Positions 7,075 through 16,484 of a DNA stretch of 64,000 nt are shown piece after piece (position 1 is the stretch's first letter; the number at the start of each line of letters is the position of its first letter). A model generated the notes under the pieces. That model was not told where the DNA came from and did not search any database. It saw only the letters and a list, made by a program, of their open reading frames with translations. The stretch is from contig CAYZRE010000001.1 of assembly GCA_964479835.1 (NCBI GenBank), positions 31,630-95,629 of the forward strand, read 5' to 3'. Position numbers and translations under genes: made by a program. The stretch comes from an uncultured Candidatus Saccharibacteria bacterium (GTDB lineage: Bacteria; Patescibacteriota; Minisyncoccia; 2-02-FULL-40-12; GWA2-44-9).

Positions 7075-8856
7075 ATGTCGGGTAAAGCCCCTCTGACACT
7101 CATCAATGAATTGGTGCGCATCAACCGCCTGTCGAAGGCGGACGCTGATGGATTGGTCGCAAATGCTCTTAAGGAAGACAAGGATGTAGGCGCGGCGCTT
7201 ATTGAATCGGGCGTGATGTCCGACGGTGAGCTTGCGAAATTCAAGAGCGACCTGTACCGCATCCCGCAGGTGGATTTGGAGAAGACGGAGCCTGACCCGA
7301 ACGCGTTCCAAGAAATCAGCGAGGATGTTGCCGGATTTTATCGTGTGGTTCCATTTGCGGTGGGCGACGGTGTCTTAAAGGTAGGCATCATCGACCCCGA
7401 AGATATCAATGCGCTGGAAGCGCTCAAATTCATCTCATCCGACAAGAAGTTGAAGCTTGAGAAGTTCGTTATTACCTATAAAGACTTCGGCACAACGCTC
7501 AAGAAGTTCAAATCACTCACCGGAGAAGTCGGAAAGGCGTTACAGTCCATCGCCGAGGAGGCCGGTAAAGAGGGAAGTGTTGTGGAAGAGGAGCTGTCGC
7601 TTGACCAAATCACCGCCGAGAGTCCCGTTACCAAGGTGGTCTCGGCGATGCTCAGCTACGGTATTGAGAGCAGAGCATCGGACATCCACATTGAACCGTT
7701 CGATGACCACACACGGGTGCGTTTCCGTATCGACGGTGTCCTGCAGACCGTATTGAATCTTCCCAAGAATCTACACATGGCGGTGGTGACGCGCATCAAG
7801 ATTTTATCCACCCTGAAAATTGATGAGACGCGCGTGCCGCAGGATGGACGATTCAGTATCTTCCAGACAAAGATGAAATTCGATTTCCGCGTCAGCACCT
7901 TTCCCACCAAAGCGGGGGAAAAGGTGGTGATGCGTATCCTTGACCCACTTTCCAGCCGTATCGATCTGGCGACGCTGGGTGTCACCGGCCGCAGCAACGA
8001 ACTCCTGCAGGAAGCCATCATTCGTCCGTTCGGCATGATTCTTATTACGGGACCGACCGGGTCGGGAAAATCAACCACCATTGCCGGCATTCTAAAACAA
8101 ATGAATACGGAAGAGGTAAATATCGTCACTCTCGAAGACCCGATTGAATATTTTATTGATGGGGTCAACCAATCCCAGACGCACGAGGAAATTGGCTACA
8201 CATTCGCCAATGGATTGCGTTCTATTTTGCGCCAAGACCCCGATGTCGTCATGGTTGGTGAAATCCGTGACCGTGAGACCGCAGGTCTTGCGGTGCAGGC
8301 GGCGTTGACCGGCCATATCGTACTCTCGACTCTGCACACCAACGATGCTCTGGGCGTCATCCCACGCCTCGTGGACATGGGCGTGGAAAAATATCTTCTG
8401 CCACCGGTGCTTAATCTCGCGGTGGCGCAACGGTTGTTGCGGCGGCTGTGTGCGACCTGTAAAATAAAAGATACGGCCAACACGGCCGAGGCGCAGATTA
8501 TCAACGACGCACTGACGATGATGCCCGCAAAAATTGCAGCTCCCTACCTCAAGCCACAACATGAAATCTACCGTCCAAATACCAAGAACCCCTGTAAGGA
8601 ATGCGGCGGGAAGGCGTTCAAGGGACGCATCGCTATCTTTGAGATGATTAAGATGACCGACGAACTGGAGAAGATTATTCTGGGTAACCTCTCCGAGTCC
8701 TCTTTGCGTGAAGAGGCGCAGCGACAAGGAATGGCGACGATGTTCCAGGACGGTATTACCAAAGTGCTTGACGGCATCTCTTCCCTTGAGGAGCTCCTCG
8801 AAGTGGCGCAGAGTGCTAGGGAAGAGGAGGAGAAGCCATTAGCTATGAGCCAATAG
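7075..8856 (+). CDS. pilB: type IV pilus assembly ATPase PilB (GspE family)
   Basis: Walker A GPTGSGKST, Asp box, His box, and a C-terminal tetracysteine CxxC...CxxC. Confidence 0.9.
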   Translation: MSGKAPLTLINELVRINRLSKADADGLVANALKEDKDVGAALIESGVMSDGELAKFKSDLYRIPQVDLEKTEPDPNAFQEISEDVAGFYRVVPFAVGDGVLKVGIIDPEDINALEALKFISSDKKLKLEKFVITYKDFGTTLKKFKSLTGEVGKALQSIAEEAGKEGSVVEEELSLDQITAESPVTKVVSAMLSYGIESRASDIHIEPFDDHTRVRFRIDGVLQTVLNLPKNLHMAVVTRIKILSTLKIDETRVPQDGRFSIFQTKMKFDFRVSTFPTKAGEKVVMRILDPLSSRIDLATLGVTGRSNELLQEAIIRPFGMILITGPTGSGKSTTIAGILKQMNTEEVNIVTLEDPIEYFIDGVNQSQTHEEIGYTFANGLRSILRQDPDVVMVGEIRDRETAGLAVQAALTGHIVLSTLHTNDALGVIPRLVDMGVEKYLLPPVLNLAVAQRLLRRLCATCKIKDTANTAEAQIINDALTMMPAKIAAPYLKPQHEIYRPNTKNPCKECGGKAFKGRIAIFEMIKMTDELEKIILGNLSESSLREEAQRQGMATMFQDGITKVLDGISSLEELLEVAQSAREEEEKPLAMSQ

Positions 8857-8863
8857 TACCGAC

Positions 8864-10075
8864 ATGCAATTTTCATACCAAGTCAAAGCACAAAATGGCG
8901 TAGTATCCAACGGGCTCATTGAGGCACCTGATGAGAATGCGGCCGTCGCCGAGCTACACGTCCGAGGATTCGTTTTGCTGTCTCTCGGGGTAATCGAAGA
9001 AGGGGTATTTAGCGGTGACATCATGCGTTACTTCAATCGGCCGAAGACGCGGGATGTGGTGATATTTACACGCCAGCTGTCTACGCTCATTGAAGCCGAT
9101 ATCCCGCTGGCCGAAGGTATCAGGACGCTGGCGAATCAGAGCGACAATCCTATATTTTCCAAGATGATCGCCGATATCAGTGACAAGATTGAGGGCGGCT
9201 CTTCATTGTCGGCGGCGTTTGCGGAGCATCCGAAGCTGTTTACGCAGTTCTATGTCAAACTCATCCGGGCCGGTGAAATATCAGGCCGTCTCCAACAGTC
9301 TCTCATCTATCTTGCCGATTACTTAGAACGCAATCAGGCCATTACCAGCAAAGTACGCAACGCATTGGCGTACCCCATATTCGTCATCTTTGCCATGGTG
9401 GTGGTGGCGATTATTATGGTGGTATATGTCTTACCTCAGCTATTAGTTATTTTTAAAGAGGCCGGCGATATACAATTACCCATCACGACGCGGGCGCTTA
9501 TCGCCGTCACCGATTTTGCAAACCACTACATTCTGCTGATTTTGGTGTTCATTATTATCGTTGTGGTCGGTTCCCTCCAGTGGGTGCGTACCCCGGACGG
9601 TAGGATATGGTGGGACAAGTTCAAAGTCAGGATTCCGGCGTTCGGCATCATCCTTAAATCGCTCTACCTGTCGCGTATCGCCGAGAATATGGCGACGCTC
9701 ATTAAATCGGACATCGCTATCCTTGATGCTCTGCGGGTCACTGGCGATATCGTGGACAATGTCGTGTACCGTGACATCCTTCTGCATGCCGAAGAGGAAG
9801 TACGCGGGGGAGGGAGTATCTCTGATGTGTTCCGCCAATATAAAACCCAGATTCCGGCGCTGATGACCTCGATGATTGCCATCGGCGAACGCACAGGAAA
9901 AATGGACTTCATGCTCGGACACGTCAGCAAGTTCTACCGTGCAGAGTCCGAAAACCGCATTGAGAGCATTTCATCGCTTATTGAACCGGTGCTGGTCGTC
10001 GTGCTGGGGCTGGGAGTTGCCGTGCTGGTCTCCAGTATCCTTCTGCCGCTGTACTCACTGGTCGGCATCTCGTAA
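8864..10075 (+). CDS. pilC: type IV pilus inner-membrane platform protein PilC (GspF family)
   Basis: 403 aa, two GspF repeats, three TM segments. Confidence 0.9.
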   Translation: MQFSYQVKAQNGVVSNGLIEAPDENAAVAELHVRGFVLLSLGVIEEGVFSGDIMRYFNRPKTRDVVIFTRQLSTLIEADIPLAEGIRTLANQSDNPIFSKMIADISDKIEGGSSLSAAFAEHPKLFTQFYVKLIRAGEISGRLQQSLIYLADYLERNQAITSKVRNALAYPIFVIFAMVVVAIIMVVYVLPQLLVIFKEAGDIQLPITTRALIAVTDFANHYILLILVFIIIVVVGSLQWVRTPDGRIWWDKFKVRIPAFGIILKSLYLSRIAENMATLIKSDIAILDALRVTGDIVDNVVYRDILLHAEEEVRGGGSISDVFRQYKTQIPALMTSMIAIGERTGKMDFMLGHVSKFYRAESENRIESISSLIEPVLVVVLGLGVAVLVSSILLPLYSLVGIS

Positions 10076-10153
10076 ATCTCGTCCTGTTGATAACAGGGCA
10101 TTGTGTCGGGGAGAGAGAGGTATAAAGTATAGGAGTACTGCTAACGAACCACG

Positions 10154-10666
10154 ATGAAAAATTTGAAGGACACCATAATTAATCTGCGACGGAAGGGAAC
10201 CCGAGGTTTTACGTTGATTGAATTATTGGTGGTCATCGCCATCATCGGTATTCTCGCAACACTGGTATTGTTGCAACTAGGTGCTGCTCGGGCAAAGGCG
10301 CGAGACACCCAACGCATCACGGCAGTCAACCAGATTCGCAGTGCCGTCGAGCAATACTATGAAGACAATAATGCATACCCGGCTGGGGTTACCGACCTAC
10401 TTCTGTCAAAGTACTTCTCCAACGGCAAGGTACCCTTGGATCCCACTACGTTGGTCGGGTACAACTACTGCATGAGTGGAGTGAAATATCAGATTGCGGC
10501 CGAGCTTGAACAAAAGGCGGCGGCACTGAAAAGTGACTCCGACCTGACGGTAGCCGATATAGGACCGGCAACATGTAAGAATGGGGTGGGAGATGCAGCG
10601 GGGTCACCAAATGAGGTATGCACTGCTGGAGCCGATGACTGTGTTTACGATCAGGGGCAAAAGTAA
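10154..10666 (+). CDS. pilA: major type IV pilin (prepilin, class III signal peptide)
   Basis: Prepilin cleavage motif RG|FTLIELLVVIAIIGILA. 170 aa with C-terminal Cys residues. Own terminator downstream. Unusually long 19-aa leader. Confidence 0.8.
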   Translation: MKNLKDTIINLRRKGTRGFTLIELLVVIAIIGILATLVLLQLGAARAKARDTQRITAVNQIRSAVEQYYEDNNAYPAGVTDLLLSKYFSNGKVPLDPTTLVGYNYCMSGVKYQIAAELEQKAAALKSDSDLTVADIGPATCKNGVGDAAGSPNEVCTAGADDCVYDQGQK

Positions 10667-10680
10667 CTACTCATGGAGTA

Positions 10681-10712
10681 CAGAAGACCCGCATATGCGG
10701 GTCTTCTGTTAT
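10681..10712 (+). terminator. hairpin terminator after pilin gene
   Basis: 12-bp stem CAGAAGACCCGC/GCGGGTCTTCTG, followed by TTATACT (weak U-tract). Confidence 0.45.
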
Positions 10713-10723
10713 ACTAGGGGAAC

Positions 10724-11482
10724 ATGATAATCCTCGTCGCAGTTTTGGTGGGACTTCTCTTGGGCAGCTTCTTAAGCGTGTTGTTGGACCGTTGGCCGCA
10801 CTGGCGGGGTGCCGCTACCGGGCGGTCCCAATGCCCACAGTGCCACCAAACACTGAAATGGTTCGATTTGATACCGTTGATCAGTTGGCTGGTCCTTGGC
10901 GGTAAGTGCCGCTATTGCCATGCGCCGATATCAAAACTATATCCGGCTCTGGAGCTCACCATGGCCGGCGTATTGGGTCTCTATGCGTTCCTATTCGGCG
11001 TTCCGTCGTCGTGGTATGTAACAGATTATCTCGTGCTGTTCGCCCTAGTGTCGCTGTTTTTCTTCGATTTAAAGCATCGTGTACTTCCCGATGCCATTCT
11101 TCTGCCACTGCTGATTGTCGTCGGGGCACGACTGCTTTCGCAACGACCCGATATGCTCGTCAACGCATGCGCTACCGGCGCACTTATGGCCGGGTTACTG
11201 GGACTATTATATCTGGTGTCCCGCGGGCGCTGGCTTGGACTGGGTGATGTGAAGCTCGCATTTGTTATCGGCATCTTGTTCGGCTATCCCGGCGCAGTGG
11301 GCGTTACGCTGATTGCCATTTGGTCCGGCGCGCTCGTCGGCGTAGCATTGATACTTGCTAAACGCGCGAATATGAAGACGGCATTGCCATTCGGCTCATT
11401 CTGGGTCGCGTCTGCTATCATTGCTATGATGATGCCCGGTCCGATATACTTTATAAGCGGGCTGTTCACGCCAATGTTCTAA
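10724..11482 (+). CDS. pilD: prepilin peptidase PilD (A24 family)
   Basis: N-terminal CPxC...CRYC zinc motif and DLIPLISWLVLGGKC. Multi-pass membrane protein. Confidence 0.85.
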   Translation: MIILVAVLVGLLLGSFLSVLLDRWPHWRGAATGRSQCPQCHQTLKWFDLIPLISWLVLGGKCRYCHAPISKLYPALELTMAGVLGLYAFLFGVPSSWYVTDYLVLFALVSLFFFDLKHRVLPDAILLPLLIVVGARLLSQRPDMLVNACATGALMAGLLGLLYLVSRGRWLGLGDVKLAFVIGILFGYPGAVGVTLIAIWSGALVGVALILAKRANMKTALPFGSFWVASAIIAMMMPGPIYFISGLFTPMF

Positions 11483-12000
11483 TGAAAGGATTTACGCTTA
11501 TTGAGGTGCTCGTGGTGATAAGTATCACCGGCATCCTTACCGGCCTCTTGGTTGTGAACTTTTCGCGGACGCGTGTGGACCTGAATCAGACCACGCTGAC
11601 CGTGAAGGCCGCCATTCGCGAAGCACAATCCACGGCACTCTCGGGCGCACTATTCGGAACGCCCAACGTTTCCCGATGCGGATACGGGATTCATTTTACC
11701 GCGAATGGGTACGCCATCTATGCGGGACCGATATCCGGTCAGAACGTTTGTGTGGTTCAAAACTATGGCTATGCCATTAACAGCGAAGTTGTTCGACTTG
11801 GTCTCCTTTCAAATTCCGTACTTGAGATTGTCATACCCGCACCGGATATTTTCTTTGAACCGCCTGATCCGAAAACTTACTTTATCGGCTCCGGTTGGGG
11901 TAAAACGGCGATTATCACTATCCGTGTTAAAGGAACCACCACATGCCCTTCTGCGGATTGCCGACAAATCAATGTCACGACATCAGGACAAATACAGTAG
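11482..12000 (+). CDS. minor pilin / pseudopilin (prepilin N-terminal methylation domain)
   Basis: MKG|FTLIEVLVVISITGILTG N-terminus. Confidence 0.7.
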   Translation: MKGFTLIEVLVVISITGILTGLLVVNFSRTRVDLNQTTLTVKAAIREAQSTALSGALFGTPNVSRCGYGIHFTANGYAIYAGPISGQNVCVVQNYGYAINSEVVRLGLLSNSVLEIVIPAPDIFFEPPDPKTYFIGSGWGKTAIITIRVKGTTTCPSADCRQINVTTSGQIQ

Positions 12001-12499
12001 CACGAGAAATGCCGGCTTCACGCTCGTGGAAGCGCTGGTGTCATTAGTATTGCTCACGACGGCTCTGGTGCCGGCCTTTATTCTTGCCACCGACGCTCTG
12101 AAATTGTCGACCGGTATACGCAATTCGCTCATCGCGGCAAATCTTGCGCAAGAAGGAGTTGAGATAGTTCGTGCGATTCGTGACACGAACTGGTTCGCTG
12201 GTGTGCCGTTTACTACGGGACTGGATACATGCGGTGCAGGCTGTCTGGTCGTGTGGAACGGGTCACCACCGTGGCCGTTGCCCGTGGGTGATACAACGCC
12301 GCCGCTGATGTGGGATAAGCAGTCCGGATTGTACCAGTACGTGACCGGCGTTGTTTCGCCATTCAGCCGGAAAATAACTATTGCGCCAAGTTCCGGGTCT
12401 GTTGTCGAACTTGTTGTGCAAAGTGAAGTAACTTGGGTTGAGCGTTCAATTCCGAAGACTATCGTTGTTGAGTATCACCTCTATGATTGGGTCCAATGA
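11972..12499 (+). CDS. minor pilin / pseudopilin
   Basis: Internal start of ORF 11705..12499 chosen at the Met preceding NAG|FTLVEALVSLVLL. Overlaps the end of the previous pilin gene by 29 nt. Confidence 0.55.
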   Translation: MSRHQDKYSSTRNAGFTLVEALVSLVLLTTALVPAFILATDALKLSTGIRNSLIAANLAQEGVEIVRAIRDTNWFAGVPFTTGLDTCGAGCLVVWNGSPPWPLPVGDTTPPLMWDKQSGLYQYVTGVVSPFSRKITIAPSSGSVVELVVQSEVTWVERSIPKTIVVEYHLYDWVQ

Positions 12500-13041
12500 C
12501 AGGCCATGACCACAAACAATCCGGCTTCTCGCTTGTTGAACTGCTGGTTGCAGCGACCATCTTCACATTCGTCGTGACGGCGGTGAGTGGTTTGTTTCTG
12601 CAGGCACTGGATATTCAGCGTCGTGCAGCAGGCATCCAGAAAATTCAGGAAAATGCGTTGTATGTCCTTGAATCCATAACTCGCGAAGTTCGCGTCAGCG
12701 TTGTCACCAGCGGCGATGCCGATTGTTTGTCACCCGTCTCGCTCACAACAACGCTCACAATAGACCATCCAGTGAACGGTCCCGTCATCTATGAGTATAG
12801 CCAGCTTGTCACTAGTGGCGGGACAATCGGCATGATTAAACGCAATGGTGAACAGATTACATCGGCGGATGTCGATGTTACCGCATTCGCATTCTGTGTG
12901 AGTGGGTCGGGGGCTGATGGTCTGCAGACACGCGTCACGATTCCTATGACGCTGCAGACTGTAGGGGGCAAAACCATCAACGCTGTATCGTTGCAGACCA
13001 CAATTGTTTCCCGTGATGTATCGACTGATATAGTACAATGA
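12487..13041 (+). CDS. minor pilin / pseudopilin
   Basis: KQSG|FSLVELLVAATIFTFVV N-terminus. Confidence 0.65.
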   Translation: MGPMTGHDHKQSGFSLVELLVAATIFTFVVTAVSGLFLQALDIQRRAAGIQKIQENALYVLESITREVRVSVVTSGDADCLSPVSLTTTLTIDHPVNGPVIYEYSQLVTSGGTIGMIKRNGEQITSADVDVTAFAFCVSGSGADGLQTRVTIPMTLQTVGGKTINAVSLQTTIVSRDVSTDIVQ

Positions 13042-13406
13042 CTATGAAAAATCAGCGTGGCTCCATCCTTATCTATACTATGCTTACCATGTCCGTGATG
13101 TTGGCCATCGGGCTGACGCTCAATTCGCTGTTTCTGGGTAAACTCAAAGGCGCTGCAGCAGCGCGAGACTCGGTTGTGGCGCTGTATGCTGCCGACAGTG
13201 CGGCAGAGATGTGTTTGTATGAGGCGCGCCAAAAAAGTCAGCAACCGCCTATCATTTTTTCCAATGGCGCGACATACACGATTGTCGATAGTAAAACCGA
13301 CGTCGACATTACCGATGACTGCTCGGTGCTGGTGGGCGACTCGTTCCAATTTCGGGCGACGGGTACTTATCGGGGCGTTCGCCGCTCACTGGAAATAAAC
13401 CAGTAA
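13038..13406 (+). CDS. PilX-like minor pilin
   Basis: N-terminus MKNQRGSILIYTMLTMSVMLAIGL resembles the PilX N-terminal domain. Last gene of the pilin block. Confidence 0.5.
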   Translation: MTMKNQRGSILIYTMLTMSVMLAIGLTLNSLFLGKLKGAAAARDSVVALYAADSAAEMCLYEARQKSQQPPIIFSNGATYTIVDSKTDVDITDDCSVLVGDSFQFRATGTYRGVRRSLEINQ

Positions 13407-13428
13407 GCGATATAGAGTAGGGATAGTT

Positions 13429-15444
13429 ATGAATAAGACGCAAGCACAAGAACGCGTCGGGAAACTGCGTGTGCTTATCGATACCTATCGGTACGAGTAC
13501 CATGTGCTCGACAAGCTTTCGATTTCCGAAGATGCGCTGGACTCTCTGAAGAAAGAATTGTTCGATTTGGAACAACAGAATCCGGAGCTCGTGACGCCTG
13601 ATTCGCCGACCCAACGCGTTGCGGGCACGCCGCTGGAGGGGTTCACGAAAGTCCAACATCCAGGGCGTATGATTTCGCTCAACGATGCGTTTTCAGAAGC
13701 AGATTTGCGTGATTGGTTGGAGCGTCTGGAGAATGTTCTGGGCCACCCGTACACGGACGAGTATTACTGTGATCTGAAGATGGATGGACTTGCGATTGAG
13801 TTGCGCTACGAAGACGGTCTGCTGGTGCAGGCGTCAACTCGCGGTGACGGTATGATAGGGGAAGAGGTCACGCAGAATATTCGTACCGTAGATGCGGTTC
13901 CGCTCCGACTGCGTTCCGATGAACATAAGGTTCCTTCGCTCCTGCTCGTGCGCGGGGAGGTATTCCTAAAGAAAAGTGAATTCAAGCGCATCAACAGAAA
14001 GCTTGAACACGATGGTGAAAAAATATTCGCAAATCCCCGTAATCTTGCCGCCGGTACCATTCGGCAACTTGATTCTGCCGTCACCGCAGGACGGAAGCTT
14101 TCCTTTTATGCGTACAGTATTGTAGGTTCCGACGGCTCGTACGGTGACAACTTCGATTCACACAAAGCTGAATACGACGCACTACGCCAGTGGGGCTTAG
14201 CGGTGAATCCGCACGGCCGGGTAGTGGCCGGTACAGCAGAAATTTTTTCGTTCTACCATGAATGGGAGACCAAGCGCGACGCACTGGACTACGAGTTTGA
14301 TGGCACGGTTATCTCTGTTAACGACAACGACACTTATCGGCTGGCTGGTGTTGTCGGCAAGGCACCGCGAGGTGCGATTGCATTCAAGTTTGCGCCGCGG
14401 CAAGCGCAGACTGTTATTGAAAATATCATTGTGCAGGTGGGTCGTACCGGCGTACTGACACCGGTTGCCGTGTTACGCCCGGTGAACATTGGCGGCACCA
14501 CAGTCGCGCGCGCGACACTGCATAATATGGATGAAATTGCGCGGCTGGGGGTAAAAATCGGGGACACGGTCATCGTCGGCAGGGCGGGGGATGTGATCCC
14601 CGATATCATTAAAGCGCTTCCTGAACTACGGACCGGCAAAGAGAAAGTATTCCACATGCCGAAGCGTTGTCCCGTCTGTGGGGAGTCGGTACAAAAGGAC
14701 CCCGAACAGGTTGCGTATAAGTGCGGCAATACAGATTGTCCCGCAAAGAAGCGCGAAGCCATCTACCACTTTGTCAGCCGCAACGCCATGAATATAGATG
14801 GAGTCGGCCCGAAAATCATTGACGCGCTCATGGATGCCGGTTTTGTACAGGACGCCCCAGACTTGTACGCCCTGTCGGTAGACGACATCATGAACCTGGA
14901 TCGTTTCGGCGAGGTATCCGGCCGCAATGTGGTTGACGCGATGCATGCACGCAGAAAAGTACCTCTGAACCGCTTTGTGTATGCGTTGGGCATCGAGCAT
15001 GTAGGAGAGCAGACCGCCCGCGCGTTGGCGGCACATTTTGGTACGCTGGGGAACATAAGCACGGCAACAGTTGAACAGCTCGAATCGGTGCCGGATGTCG
15101 GTCCCGTTGTTGCCCGCAGTATCAGTACATGGTTTTCTCGCGCATATAACCGGAAACTGCTGGAGAAATTTGTTCGCGCAGGCATGAAAATTGAACCGGA
15201 GAAGACCATAAGCCGAGGCGTGCTGTCGGGAAAAACCTTTGTGATTACCGGGACACTGGACACGATGAGTCGTGACGAAGCAAAGCAACGCATTCGCGCG
15301 CTGGGCGGGGATATCAGCGAATCGGTTTCTAAGAAAACTTCGTATGTCGTTGCCGGTGCGCAGCCGGGTTCAAAACAGCAGAGAGCGCAAGAATTGGGCG
15401 TCCCGATACTCGATGAACCGGGCCTTCGCAAGCTCTTGAAATAG
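13429..15444 (+). CDS. ligA: NAD-dependent DNA ligase LigA
   Basis: Adenylation motif CDLKMDGLA (KxDG), OB fold, Zn finger CPVCGESVQKDPEQVAYKCGNTDC, HhH and BRCT regions. Confidence 0.9.
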   Translation: MNKTQAQERVGKLRVLIDTYRYEYHVLDKLSISEDALDSLKKELFDLEQQNPELVTPDSPTQRVAGTPLEGFTKVQHPGRMISLNDAFSEADLRDWLERLENVLGHPYTDEYYCDLKMDGLAIELRYEDGLLVQASTRGDGMIGEEVTQNIRTVDAVPLRLRSDEHKVPSLLLVRGEVFLKKSEFKRINRKLEHDGEKIFANPRNLAAGTIRQLDSAVTAGRKLSFYAYSIVGSDGSYGDNFDSHKAEYDALRQWGLAVNPHGRVVAGTAEIFSFYHEWETKRDALDYEFDGTVISVNDNDTYRLAGVVGKAPRGAIAFKFAPRQAQTVIENIIVQVGRTGVLTPVAVLRPVNIGGTTVARATLHNMDEIARLGVKIGDTVIVGRAGDVIPDIIKALPELRTGKEKVFHMPKRCPVCGESVQKDPEQVAYKCGNTDCPAKKREAIYHFVSRNAMNIDGVGPKIIDALMDAGFVQDAPDLYALSVDDIMNLDRFGEVSGRNVVDAMHARRKVPLNRFVYALGIEHVGEQTARALAAHFGTLGNISTATVEQLESVPDVGPVVARSISTWFSRAYNRKLLEKFVRAGMKIEPEKTISRGVLSGKTFVITGTLDTMSRDEAKQRIRALGGDISESVSKKTSYVVAGAQPGSKQQRAQELGVPILDEPGLRKLLK

Positions 15445-15488
15445 AGCTAGAATCGTGCTATAATAGAAAGAACGAGTCAGGAGGTGTT

Positions 15489-15953
15489 ATGCACATTCCG
15501 GGGTGGCTTGAGTGGGTACTTCGCTGGGGCATGTGGCTTTTCAGGCCCAAATACCTCGCCGGGGTCTTTCCCGTCTGCCTCGACGACGCGGGGCGCGTGC
15601 TTCTCATCCGTAAGCGCCTGGGCGCGGCTATCGGTTGGCAGTTGCCCGGCGGCGCCAAAGAGTACGGGGTATCCCTTGAGCGGTCGGCGTGTCAGGAGCT
15701 TAAGGGCGAGACAGGGCTCACGACAGAGCCGGGTTGCCTTGTGCTCATGAGCGTCCACTGCGTCGAGGCGCATCGGGACCTGAACTTCGTCTATCTCGTG
15801 CGTTCGTGGGGCGGTGAGCTTGGACCTCGCGACACAACCGAGATTGCCGAAGCCCGTTGGGTTTCTGTCTCCGATGCGTACAAGATACTGTATCCGCCAC
15901 ATCTCCTCATGCTCATGGATGCCCTCGACCAGCGGTACCTATCGGGCCAGTAA
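15489..15953 (+). CDS. NUDIX hydrolase
   Basis: Nudix box GGAKEYGVSLERSACQELKGETGL. Confidence 0.6.
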   Translation: MHIPGWLEWVLRWGMWLFRPKYLAGVFPVCLDDAGRVLLIRKRLGAAIGWQLPGGAKEYGVSLERSACQELKGETGLTTEPGCLVLMSVHCVEAHRDLNFVYLVRSWGGELGPRDTTEIAEARWVSVSDAYKILYPPHLLMLMDALDQRYLSGQ

Positions 15954-15958
15954 TCCTG

Positions 15959-15990
15959 AAGAGCCTCGCGTGCGGGGCTCTGTTTTTATT
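15959..15990 (+). terminator. intrinsic terminator
   Basis: GAGCCTCG-CGTG-CGGGGCTC hairpin followed by TGTTTTTATT. Confidence 0.6.
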
Positions 15991-16018
15991 ATGTCAAAGA
16001 AATTGCTAGGATTGTGTA

Positions 16019-16095
16019 GGCGGTGTGGCGAAGGATAACGCACAGGGCCTGCAAACCCTGTATCGGTGGGTTGAAATTCCCACCCGCTGCCTCCA
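16019..16095 (+). ncRNA. tRNA-like element (Cys-GCA-like, 8-nt anticodon and T loops, encoded CCA); possible unusual tRNA or tRNA pseudogene
   Basis: Folds as acceptor GGCGGTG/CGCTGCC (two G-U pairs), D-arm GCG-AAGGATAA-CGC. Anticodon arm CAGGG-CCTGCAAA-CCCTG (one extra nt relative to CTGCAAA). T-arm GTGGG-TTGAAATT-CCCAC. Ends ...T-CCA. Followed by its own terminator. Confidence 0.35.
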
Positions 16096-16117
16096 ACCCG
16101 TTCTTTCTTCTGGTGAG

Positions 16118-16154
16118 TCTCCCTGAACGAATTCGTTCAGGGGACTATTTTTTT
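16118..16154 (+). terminator. intrinsic terminator after the tRNA-like element
   Basis: Perfect 9-bp stem CCCTGAACG/CGTTCAGGG (loop AATT) followed by GACTATTTTTTTG. Confidence 0.55.
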
Positions 16155-16181
16155 GCCGAAAACCGTGGTATTTTTGTGCAT

Positions 16182-16484
16182 ATGCTGACGGATACAGAGA
16201 TAGAACACATCGCGAAATTGGCGCGCATTGGGCTGTCGGGTGAGATGCACGCACACATGAAACATGACCTGTCCAAGGTCCTCGATTATATTGCGCTGCT
16301 GGAGAAGGCTGACACTGCGGGAGTCGAGCCGTTGTACCAGGTGACCGGTTTGCAGAATCAGACCCGTCCTGACGAGCGACGGGGCGATTTTGTTATGGAT
16401 GCGAAATTGATGGAATATCTGATCGGGCAAGCTCCGCATTCGCAGGAGCGGTTCGTAAAAGTAAAATCGGTGAAAGCAAAATGA
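16182..16484 (+). CDS. gatC: Asp-tRNA(Asn)/Glu-tRNA(Gln) amidotransferase subunit C
   Basis: About 100 aa, [19 protein letters not shown]... typical of GatC. Internal start of ORF 16023..16484. Stop overlaps the gatA start (ATGA). Confidence 0.75.
   Translation: MLTDTEIEHIAKLARIGLSGEMHAHMKHDLSKVLDYIALLEKADTAGVEPLYQVTGLQNQTRPDERRGDFVMDAKLMEYLIGQAPHSQERFVKVKSVKAK

Noticed and set aside
13485-15431. Minus-strand ORFs inside ligA (14626..15288, 14763..15431 and others)
   Set aside because: They are antisense to a confidently identified ligA with all its motifs. Typical high-GC shadow ORFs.
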